A stretch of 64,000 nucleotides of DNA from Octopus vulgaris. Its lineage: Eukaryota. The translations under genes were made by a program, and so were the position numbers. The DNA lies in assembly GCA_951406725.2 (NCBI GenBank), contig OX597814.1:190898001-190962000 (forward strand), read 5' to 3'. Below, piece after piece: positions 26,270-37,569 of the stretch (position 1 is the first letter of the stretch; each line of letters opens with the position of its first letter). The notes below the pieces were generated by a model. It was not told the DNA's origin. It ran no database searches and was given only the letters and a program-made list of their open reading frames with translations.

Positions 26270-29200
26270 CTAAAAAGGAAGAGGAGAAGGAAAAAAAGGA
26301 AAAGAAAAAAGGGGGAAGTGCAAATATAATTAATTCAACAAATTTGCAAATCACATGGTTTTGAGGGAGTCTAAATATTCCAGGACTCATAACATTGCAA
26401 AAATTACAAGTGAAAATTAGAAAAGAAATTATGTAGAATGTAGTAAATATGGTTGTTACTTCTGTGGATGCCAAGATGAAAATTAAAACAAAGAGAAAAT
26501 TAATATTTGATATTTTTGTGTTTTAAATACAAAACCTGTGAAAAGATTTACCCTTATAGCCAGCCCTATCTGGACCATATATTCTACCTCCTATATGTAC
26601 AAACTGGCTAGATCTTGCCTTTCACACCTATCCTACAATGTCATTCTAAAAATAAACAATCATGTCACTGAAATCTTGAAGCTATGAGATAATGCATGAT
26701 TAATTCAAAACAATGTGAATCAAAAAGCATTACATTTGAATAAACTATCTGAATGCTAAAGGGTTAGAACTTAATTCCAATACTTTATTTGGATCCTGTG
26801 GAGGCACATGGCTTAATGGTTAGGATGTTGGACTCATGACTGTAAGGTTGTGATTTCAACTCCTGGACTACGCAGTGCATTGTGGTTCTTGAGCAAAACA
26901 CTTCATTTTCACGTTGTTCCAGTCCATTCACAGCTGGCAAAAATGAGTAATCTTGCAACAGACCAATGTCCTGTCTGGGAGGGTATATATGTGCCACAGA
27001 AACTAGCCCTACCAGTCAATATGACTCAAGAAGGATCTTCATCCTTTATCTTTTTTATTTGTATTTTACTGTAAGGTTACTGATCCTAACTTTCAGCTGG
27101 GTAAGATAAAAACCAAAATTAATCTGGGTGGAATTTTGAGTTTGAAACTTGCAAAATTTAACAAACTCATTTATCTTCAGTGAATGCTTCACTCTGTTCC
27201 ATTCAGCTGACAAGCTGAGTAGTTAAGCCAAGCTTATTTTTCTTGAGCCATTTTACTAAATGGACCTTTTTCACTTTTTTTTTTTTTTTGAAAGTCAGAT
27301 GAGAAATGTTTAGGCAGTAACTACTATCCAGTTTATTTCACCACCATGTAACATCTAAAATTGTTTGGTAAAATAAAATATTCTTAAGACTAAAGCATTA
27401 TAGTTCTTGTATACATTTGTAATGGCACTGTGCAATAATGCAGCAAATAGTGGTAGTCCAATGTACTAATATCCCTAGCTGTAACCAATTATCCCTACGC
27501 TATCAATCAACACTATTACAAAACTACCAGTAAGGGCTGTTGACTAAAAAGCCATCCTTAACATATACCTAGCTACATTTGGTAGAAACCACTTCTAATT
27601 TTGCATGGACTTACGAAAACTAATTTGCTTATTCAGTTAATGATTAGCAGAAATCATTAACAAACTATTAGTTTTTAAAGAGTGTGTGTGTGTGGGTGGG
27701 TGTAAAAGTGATCAAACAATTTGTGGGATAACAGTCTGTGTAACAGCAATAATAAAAGTTGTGTTAGAAATAATTAAGATAAAATGTTGTTGTTGTTGCA
27801 TTTTCTCTTTTCTTCAAGACGCAAAGTATTCTGCAGAAGAAACCAACAAAACAGTCAACACTTCAATTTGACAGTCTATGTTTTTTTTTCTTTTCTTTTT
27901 TTAAGAGATCTATTTTGCAAAAACTTATAAATAATATTAGCGCTCAAATAAGTGTGTACAGTTTGGCAACTGAAAATTGAATCTCTAATAGAAGGAAAAA
28001 AACCCAAAAAAACGAAGGCAATGTAGCAATTATCACAATAATTATAAAATGACATGTGATAATTTTTCGTCCATAAAATAATATTATGCAATGAACTGAA
28101 CTGGATAGTTTCTAGCAATTAAAGGGTCAGTGAGATAAAACTGCTATCAGAGTTTCAACTAGGTAGGATTAAGTTTCATTAATCAAAAAACAGAAGAAAC
28201 ATCATTGACACACCATAAATCAATCAATTTATTAGGTTTAGTCATTTTAGAATATAACAACCTAATGATTTAGGTCTTATGGACCTAATAATTTAGGTCT
28301 TAAATTTTGATGAGCTAAATGCCTAATTACTGCAGTTGACAAATTAATCCACTGAATTGAAGATGAAACCAGTTCAAGGTTCTAATTATGCTTGAACTGA
28401 GACCTTTTTTTTCTTTTTCTTTCATAAAACATATTTATAGCAAAAATTACTTCATGTTGTATTTCAGAGAAGCTCTTTAAATTATCAACATCATTATAAA
28501 AAAGATTTTTTAAAATTTAAATAAAAAACGATTGCCTATAACTCTAGATACCAAGTTACCTGAACTCTTCCTGGTTTTATGATTCAAAATCATCCATTAT
28601 TCAAGTTTATTTAAAATCATAAACAATTTTTATGAGTACATTTTGTTTCACTGTGTTCAAAACACCAGATTAATAATAAAGAGGTTAGTTATTTTACTAA
28701 ATTTAGTCCCAAATTCTTGATTATTAAAAAGGAACAAAAACTGATCACACAGACTGTGTATTGGCATAAATATGGTCACGAAAGAATTAAATAATCAGAC
28801 CTAAATTGTTGCTAATTTTTGAGCCCAAAGTTAATTGAAATTTAGAAAAGGAAAATTATGATTATCAATTTTGAACTCCAGAAGTTAAAAATAGCTGTGG
28901 ATATATAATAATGGAGAAGGATCCATTTAACTGGTGGTATTTACAATCAAAGATTTTCAGGTCATGATCAATCATCCAACCATTTTGTATAGTTAAGATT
29001 ACAGTATCTAAGATGCCTGTCCCATTCTTTTTTAAAAGACAGAGTGTGATGAGAGAATCTGACTGCTCTCTCTAACAAGCTGAGTGACCATGCAGATATG
29101 CTCCTTTGTTGGTCTGCATCCATCAAATTATGCTCTAAGCAAGAAACTTTATACATTTCGAGAAAGATAGCTAATAATAGGGATTCCACTTCACATTTAA

Positions 29201-30662
29201 GTGATGTAAGCATTAAGAACATTTCTCTTAACAATTCTTATTTAAATAACTAATTCCCCAGACTCACCTAACTTGCAAAAGTTCCCTTAGCAGAAAGTCA
29301 CAAAATTATATAAGTATGTATGACCATAACTGAGTCTTATTAATACACACTTATATAATAGCTACATGCTCAAGATATTTCAAGTTAGTAGATTATAAAA
29401 CAAGGTCGGATAAGTCAATCCTGGTAACTGGCTTGATGTTAACTTTATTAGTATTTGTGAAAGAAACGTTGAAAAACAAAGAGGGGAAAAAATTAATGTT
29501 CAATGCATTTTAGTATTTGTCTCCAAAAATAAATTTTGCTCCATCATTTCAACCAAACCAATAATTCCAGAGACAATCTGAATTATATTTGGTAGAAAAC
29601 ACTGATTAAGTACTATTTTTTAATATTTCAAAATTTTTTTTTGTTTTCTGAGAGGTTACCTCAACTTACCAAAACATAATGCACATTGTAATACACGTGG
29701 GGAATTCAAGACTACAGATGAAGAAAAATCGCAATATCAGTAAACATATCACTTTATAGCTACCTACACTAATACTATTACCAAAAATAATGTTTGTTTA
29801 AACAATCAAACCTTTGTTTATCTAACATTCTGGGTTAATCAATTTACATAGCGGCAACTGAAGGATGAAGACTGAAGAACGGTATCACATGACCGATACT
29901 TGATTTCACATAGTACCCGACCTCTTTCACTTTTTGTCTTTCTTTTTTTTTAAGAAGAAAATAATTACTGAGAACTTTGCACAAGCATGTTTTATTGAAG
30001 CTGCAAGCTATAGGAAAACTTTGCACAAGCATGCTTTATGTAAAGCTTCAGGCCAAAGAACATTATTTTTTTTTACAAGCATGTTTTATCTAAACAGTAA
30101 TAAGCTACAGAAAACGAAACTAATGTAGAAGTAGTGGAAGCAATAAACTCTGCATAATAAAAACAATATTTTCAACAACAGTTTGTATAGCGAGGTGTAG
30201 ATATTTGAAAATATATATTAAGTTTCATCTCTGCTTTCAGTAACAGTTTGTACTGTGTGGTGTAGATATTTGGGAACATCAGTTAATTAAGTTTCATCTC
30301 TGCAGGTCATTCAAACATTGCTGCTGCTGTTTGTTCAGACACCTGAGGTTTACCATATTTCACCCAGTGGTGCCTGGTCGAGTAGAATGCCAGGTAGCAA
30401 TAAAGAAACAAGGTGTTCGGTTTTGCTGGTTATGTACAAAGGAGGTGAGCAAAGATAACTTCTTATAGAATAGTTACTATAGGCGTAGGAGTGGCTGTGT
30501 AGTAAGTAGCTTGCTTACGAACCACATGGTTCCAGGTTCAGTCCCACTGCATGGCACCTTGGGCAAGTGTCTACTACTATAGCCTCGAACCGACCAAAGC
30601 CGTGTGAGTGGATTTGGTAGATGGAAACTGAAAGGAGCCCGTCGTATATATGTGTATGTATG

Positions 30663-30703
<41 letters not shown>

Positions 30704-31910
30704 TCATCATTTAATGTCCGTTTTCCATGCTAGCATGGGTTGGACGGTTTGACCGGGGTCTGGGAAGCCAAGAGGCTGCACCAGGCTCCAATCTGATCTG
30801 GCAGTGTTTTTACAGCTGGATGCACTTTCTAATGCCAACCACTCCGTGAGTGTAGCGGGTGCTTTTTACATACCACCAGCACAGGTGCCAGGCGAGACTG
30901 GCAACGGCCATGATCGGTAGGTGCTTTTTACATGCTGCCGGCATGGAAGCCAGTCAAGACGGCACTGGCATCGGCCACATTCGGATGGTGCTTTTTACAT
31001 GCCACTGCCACAGGTATCACAACTACAATTTCCATTTGATTTTTTGATGCTGATGTTGATATACTAGACTCAATAGGTCTCCTCAAGCACAGCAGGTCAC
31101 CCTATGATCCAAGGTACTTTGGATAGGTTGGGGCTTCTATGTGAAGCTGGTGCAGGAAACAGCCACAAACTCATGTCATTTGTTGGGTCTTCGCAGTCAC
31201 AGCATATCTCCAGAGGTCTTGGTCTTTCATCATTGCCTCTGTGAGGCCCAACCCATGCTCACATGGGTTGGACGATTTGACTCAGGACTGGCGAACCAGA
31301 TGGCTGCACCAGGCTCCAATCTGATTTGGCAGAGTTTCTACAGCTGGATGCCCTTCATAATGCCAACCACTCCGAGAGTCTAGTGGGTGCTTTTACATGT
31401 CACCGGCACGAGGGACAGTCAGGCAGTACCGGCAACGACCATGCTCAAATGGTGTTTTTTTACGTGCCACCTGCACAGGAGCCAGTCCAGCAGCAATGGT
31501 AACGACCTCACTCAAATGTTTTTTTCATGTGCTACCGGCAAAAGTGCTAGTAAGGTGACGCTGGTAACGATCACACTTGCATGGTGCTTTTTACGTGCCA
31601 CCGGCACGGAAGCCAGTCAGCTGCTCTAGCAATGATCACACTCGGATGGTGCTCTTAGTGCTCCACTAGAACGGATACCAGTCATCAAATTTGATATATA
31701 TATGTATATATAGCTTTTTATTGAAACTAAAACTGAGCATTTGTCTCAAGTTGAACCTCACACCATTGTGATCTTCAAATGAGAATGCAGCAGTGGGAAA
31801 CTTGAGTTATGAGACAAGCTCATAAAAAACAAACAATCCTCTATAACAAGTAACAAGCATTCCTCTCTCTCATTTCTCCAACATAAACAAAAGTGTGTGT
31901 ATGTGCGCAC

Positions 31911-31943
<33 letters not shown>

Positions 31944-33024
31944 CATACACACACACATATACATACAAACACCTAATTTAACTGATATAAATATGGTGGC
32001 AGTAATGAGAGAACACTGTAGATACAAATGATAAAGTTTTGCCAATGTGGATTACTGGGGCTCAGATTTTCATAGCTGAATACCAACCCATCCTCAACAT
32101 ATTTTGGTGAAACGAAATGACTATTTTCTTAAAATCTAGGCAGATTGATTACAATATAATGATTGTGGACAATACTGTACATTATGATGTTTGTATAATA
32201 TCTGAAGAAGCTTTAAAGGGCGGGGGGGGGGTACATTTTTTTTTTTTTTTACAAATCCGTGTTTGAGAAAATGATTGTCAGAAGATTCTCGAACACGATA
32301 TCAATGAGAAATAGAAGAGAGAGTGAATATAATCCACTTGGGAATGCCTGTAATTTTAGAACAGACATCAGTTTTTAAATTCCCATATAAAAGGAAAATG
32401 GGAAACATATAAAAATAAATAAATAAATGTAAAATAGAAAGGTTTTATTGTGGTAGCAATCTAATAATAATAATAATCAATGCAGGAGATGAAAAATTAT
32501 TTTTAAAAAAAATTTTTTTTTTTCCAAAACTTGTAATAAATATATATCAAATGAGCAAATATCAGGCAAATAAAGAGTGAGTCTGAACAAAGCCAGGTGA
32601 TAGGCAATTAATTCTGTGTGCATCTTTGCTGTAGTAATGGTGCTAATTATGCAAATGAGACCAGAGAAAAGTGAAAAGATTTAAAAAATAAAAAAAAAAA
32701 TAAGAAGGATCAAATTCATTCGGAATAAATGTGAACAAGAGAGAACTTTTTACGACCATAACAGTTATAGACTTTAGTTAATAACGACATTTCTAAAACT
32801 AACAAACATACCAAACAACATCAACAAAGCTAACAATGAAAACCCAGCAGCAACAACAATAAAAAATAAATCACACAACAACAACAACAAGAGAGCAACA
32901 ACACAACAAACTTGTATGGAGTACACCCCACCCTTCCGTTGTGTGTTTATATAAAAACACATAAATTACTCAAGAAGTAAAAAAAAGTCTTTTTTTAGTA
33001 ATAAGTAACTGTAAGTATATATAC

Positions 33025-33149
33025 CAGGAGACAATGGTCGGGATGTGGTTGGTGAAGCATACGGTATTGGACTGGACACTGTTCGTGGACGGACATTATG
33101 ACCTTGACTACTCGACATGTCATGTTGCTTTGTCATTTCATTGAAATGT
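33025..33149 (-). CDS. CCDC6: CCDC6 exon: (R)HFNEMTKQHDMSSSQGHNVRPRTVSSPIPYASPTTSRPLSP(A)
   Basis: 125 nt, tattttag| and |gtatat, phase 2/1. RPRTVSSPIPY and SRPxSP match CCDC6. Confidence 0.93.
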
Positions 33150-33378
33150 CTAAAATATAGGGAAAAAAAAAAAAATCAAACGTTAAAAGCATTTTCATCT
33201 TACGCAGTCCACACTCAGCAAACCAGCCAGGTATAAATGGTGAATAAACAAAATTTAAAAGCAAAACAATTAGCAGGCAGGGTTTCTTCTGTTAAGGTTC
33301 AGCACTTGTCAGGCATCTGTTGATATTTAGCATATAGTCAGCCCTGATCAAGCAATTCTTATGATTAAAGCTATTCAA

Positions 33379-33757
33379 CATTATTCACATTTGACGGATA
33401 TTTGTTCTCATCTTGTTTGTTGTTAACACAACGTTTTGGCTGATGTACTTTCCAGCCTTCATCAGGTGTCCTGGGGGAATTTTGAACCTGGGCATATGGC
33501 GTAGTGGTTAGGAGCGCAGGCTACTAACCCCAAGATTCCGAGTTCAATTCCAGGCAGTGACCTGAATAATGATAATAATAACATTGGAAAAATACCTTAG
33601 GAATGAGAACCCAAGTTTGAAATTCCCCCAAGACATCTGATGAAGGCTGGAGAGTACATCAGCTGAAATGTTGTATTAACAACAAACAAGATGAGGTCAA
33701 ATATTCGTCAAATGTAAATAATGTACATAATTCCTCATCTCTTAAATGTAGAACTGT
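33379..33757 (+). mobile_element. Composite retroposon: inverted arm + tRNA-derived head + hammerhead-bearing Penelope-type tail
   Basis: 15-bp TSD ATTAAAG(C/T)TATTCAA (33364-33378, 33758-33772). Arms 33379-33492 / 33610-33723. A box TGGCGTAGTGG and B box GAGTTCAATTCC. CTGATGA..GAAA at 33637-33668. Confidence 0.75.
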
Positions 33758-34796
33758 ATTAAAGTTATTCAAGCCATGATTATAATTATCCCATTTTTTA
33801 AATATTGTTTTTTAATGCAGGACTATGCTGTCCAACAAGTCTCTTTTTAAGATGAAGCATGAGATGGTGTGATTCAAGGGAGATTTTTTACAGCTGTTTC
33901 TAGTAGGTTCAGCCATCCTATTGAAACTACCATGAAGAAACATATGGTGACTCAGTAAAAAAAATAATAATCAATTTTCTCTTTAAAAAAAAAAGACAAA
34001 AAACTTTTAAAGTACTAAAGGGTTTCCAAGACCAATGCTTAGGTTGAGTCCCAAAGGAGTGAGGGGAGATGACTAAATGAAAAGTTCCTGTCTTGAAGGT
34101 AACATTCCCAGACCTAGTCCCTTGTGGCAGCTGCTACTGTTATGACTGCTACTAGTTCTTAACTAGAGGTACACAAAGCAGTGTTGACTGAAATGTGTGT
34201 ACTGGTGCCAATGCCACATAAAAAGCACTTACACTGGTGCCACATACAAAGCACCCAGTTACACTGTAAAATAGTTGGCAATAGAAAGGCCATCCAACCA
34301 TAGAAACTATGCGAAAACAGACAATTGGAGCCAGGCTAGCTCCTGTCAAACCATCCAACCAATGCAAGCATGGAAAACAGACATTAAATGATGATGTGCT
34401 ACGTACCACCTTGACTGGCTTCTGTGTTGGTGGCACATAAAAAGCACCAACCAATCGTGGTCGTTTGCCAGCCTCCTCTGGCCCCTGAGCTGGTGGCACA
34501 TAAAAAGCACCCACTACATTCACAGAGTGGTTGGCATTAGGAAGGGCATCCAGCTGTAGAAACACTGCCAGATCAGACTGGGGCCTGATGCAGCCTTCTG
34601 GCTTCCCAGACCCCGGTCGAACTGTCCAACCCACGCTAGCATGGAAAATGGACATTAAACAATGATGATGTACACTCAAACATGGAAAGACTTTTGCTGT
34701 GGTAATTCTCAGGAGAGAAATTCTTATAGACAATGCATGGGGAAAATGCATCACTGAGTTATGAATGATATCATCAAACCTTAGGACATGTGATTC

Positions 34797-35226
34797 TACC
34801 TGGCAGCTGACTTGGCAGACACCCATAAAATTATCAACCATCTTACAAACAATAACTCTGAGCACCTTTTCAAAAACTCCACCTGTCTAACACCTGTGGA
34901 CGTGTTTACAAAGTCAGAAAACAGCACAGCTCCCATGACTTTAGGAAACATTTTTTCACGCTGAGAGTTGCTGAAGCATAGAACAAACTGCCGGCATCGG
35001 TTGTTAGTTGTCAGAGCACTGCATCCTTCAAAACTTCCATGCTTTCTGAGATTCGCCAACACTACACCTGATTTCCTCCCCTCCATACACACACAAGCAT
35101 ATATCTGACTCATACACTGTTCGCTTTCCAGACATTTGTACATTACTGCATACACTTTATACGCACTTTCTGACAAGTTGTGGTGCACCTGAGCACTGTA
35201 TACAATAATTTCATCATTATTATTAT
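34797..35226 (+). mobile_element. CR1-like LINE 3' fragment
   Basis: Degenerate LAADLADTHKII..KHFFTLRV..NKLPASVV, then 3'UTR and (ATT)n tail. Confidence 0.75.
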
Positions 35227-35452
35227 TTTAAATTTACTATTTGTTGTTTAATAAAAGAGTGGTTCATAGTGGGGCAGAATTACTGGGACCCATTTTAATG
35301 ACAATTGAACAAGTCACAAACATACAAAGTTCAACTCTACAATCCCAGACATCACCAATACAAGATAGCCATCTTTATTGTTTGCTGACATACATTTTAA
35401 ACACACACACAAAATGACTTGTTTGATAAGTCAGAGAAACAAGATGTTCTAC

Positions 35453-35609
35453 CTTTCATCATCCATTTCAAGACTGGATTCACTTTCTGAAAGATGCCTA
35501 CATAGGCTCTCTCGCCGCTCCATCTCCATCTGAAGTTTGCGCTGTAACCGCAAATTCTCTTCCCTGATTTGTCTTTCTTCTTGTGCATATTGAGCCATTT
35601 TCTCTTCAT
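35453..35609 (-). CDS. CCDC6: CCDC6 exon: (H)[51 protein letters not shown](R)
   Basis: 157 nt, ttatgaag| and |gtagaa, phase 1/2. Contains the diagnostic ENLRLQRKL...[18 protein letters not shown] motif. Confidence 0.95.
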
Positions 35610-35740
35610 CTTCATAACAGAAATATAATATAATATGAAACAAAGAGAGAGAAAACATGAAAGAAAGCAATACAAATTTCACAATAATCATTTTAAACAA
35701 GAGTTTCACTGAAACTGATATTGTGATATTATTGTAAATA

Positions 35741-36262
35741 CCGTAAATCCTCGAGTATAGTCCGCCTTTGAGTATAATATGCAGGTGATTTTTAGGGGGC
35801 TGTACCTCTAAATAGCCTAAACCTTGTGTATAATACGCACCCCTTCTCTAACTTGAGTTGTGCGTAATTAAGCCAGCAGCACCTATTCGAACAAACACTT
35901 CCACGCATGCGTAATACAATAATGGTGATGTTCTTAACTGTTATACGGGAATGTAAATATGTTTGCAAATTGTTTTTGTTACATGTTATTCTGTTTTCTG
36001 AATACTTTTATTTTAATAAATGTTGCTTACTGCAAGTTATGGGTGATTCTTTTATGACTTCATTGCTTTCAGGCTTAGCTTAAGGTATTTTCGCGCCCAA
36101 CATCACAAAATGCATCTCAATAAACATTGCCGGACAGCAAATAGAGACTTGGACATTGCTTAGAAAATATTTTTCATTTTTAACCTCGTATATAGTATGC
36201 ACTAGAGATTTTGACCTTTAAATTTAGGGGGAAAAATGCGGATTATACTCGAGGATTTATGG
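35741..36262. mobile_element. pogo/Tigger-like non-autonomous DNA transposon (MITE)
   Basis: TIRs CC(G/A)TAAATCCTCGAGTATA, TA target duplication. Confidence 0.8.
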
Positions 36263-36446
36263 TAACCTTTTTAAAGCCATTATAGAATAAGACAATGGTG
36301 ATCCTTGCCACCAGCATCTTTGAGACTACTTTTCAATGCTGGCATATATATATTGGGGGTATTTTCATATATTTCAATCCTACAGCATCTCTGGTATTGT
36401 TATTATTTGGTCCCAGGTCATTTGTAACCCATGCCCTAGCAATATA

Positions 36447-36652
36447 TGGTGGGGTGCTGAAAAGTTTCTGGCTTTAAGGGTATCATGGTTGGAGGCTCAA
36501 TCTTATGAATACTTTTACAGAGCTGAGAAAAACTGGAGGATCATTGCAATAAGAGTATGAATCTGAGAGGGGAATGGGTTGAATAAAATCATAACTGATC
36601 CTCCTGCATTTTCTTTTACCCAAAGCCAGGAACTTTTCAGCACGCCCACATG
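36447..36652. mobile_element. mariner-type MITE
   Basis: TIRs GGGGTGCTGAAAAGTT(T/C)CTGGCTTT. Confidence 0.65.
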
Positions 36653-36684
36653 TATATATATGTATGTGTGTGTGTGTGTGTGTT

Positions 36685-37110
36685 AAATAAAATGAGACAA
36701 CAAAGCCAATGCTGTGTGGAATTTTCAGGACATTTATAAAGAGAGAGACAGTCTTACAGCTGTTTCTGGAATATTAGGGATATCCCTTCATCAGAGACGA
36801 TATGAGAGAGTTAACTAGAGGGAAATAGTAGAGTTCGATATAAGGAGTTATCTTGGAAAAGGATGGATATAGGAAGTATAAAGGGAAATAAGAGAATAAA
36901 AATATATGTAGGATGTTACAGTTGTAGTTCCATTATCCGAGGAAAGAGCTGTGTAGAATGGGTAAAAATGCTTCTTGTCCACGGTATGTAGATTCCAAGA
37001 GGGGTTCATATTTTGTTATTACAAATGGATAGTGTGGAGGCATAAATTCCAAAAATTATCGATCCTAGAGTCTAACTACGGTCCTCCTGTAGCACTTACA
37101 TAGCCTTATC
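36685..37110 (-). mobile_element. Penelope-like 3' end fragment with hammerhead (36751-36798)
   Basis: Minus strand GUCU-CUGAUGA-AGGGAUA..UAUUCCA-GAAAC-AGCU-GUA-AGAC. An upstream ITKYEPLL remnant resembles the end of a PLE GIY-YIG ORF. Confidence 0.65.
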
Positions 37111-37115
37111 AGTCA

Positions 37116-37500
37116 CTAGCAGTATCGCCCGGCGTTGCTCAGGTTTGTAAGGGAAATAACTATAAAGCATTTTTAGAGAGTTATAGCCAAAAAATAGCAA
37201 AAAAAAGGAAAAGAATGATGGTAAATTTTTTTTTGAGAGTTAAAAAAGGTGGAGTTGCGTCCCCTAGACAGTTTGTGGTTTGTGTTTATGATTCTCGACC
37301 CCATGTCGAATTTATCGATTCTTTTCAGAACTGGGGGAACTTTTCAAAATTTTCGCTGCATTAGTTTTGAATTATGACATTGGGCTATGTGTGTGTCAAG
37401 TTTCATCAGAATCGATTGAAAGCCGTGGTCAGGGTGAGGGTACAAGCAAACAGACACACAGAAACACGCACAGACAAACTGCTGTTTATATAGAGAGAGA
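37116..37500 (-). mobile_element. Non-autonomous Helitron (same 3' end as 875-1268)
   Basis: Minus strand starts TCTCTCTCTATATAAA and ends ..GAGCAACGCCGGGCGATACTGCTAG; A^T target. Confidence 0.8.
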
Positions 37501-37531
37501 TTTTGGGTCTTTTGGATACCAATACTACTTT

Positions 37532-37569
<38 letters not shown>

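Noticed and set aside
30176-30303. Tandem duplication of about 65 bp (also a 40-bp repeat at about 57620 / 59164)
   Set aside because: Two diverged copies with no further structure; ordinary local duplication, not an array or CRISPR.
30300-30420. Extra CCDC6 exon or exon-complementary element (GTCGAGTAG 9-mer shared with exon 33025-33149)
   Set aside because: No convincing splice sites, and a 9-nt match is expected by chance at this scale.
33493-33563. Functional tRNA gene
   Set aside because: The acceptor, anticodon and T stems are mispaired, and the sequence lies within a TSD-bounded insertion; it is a SINE-type head.
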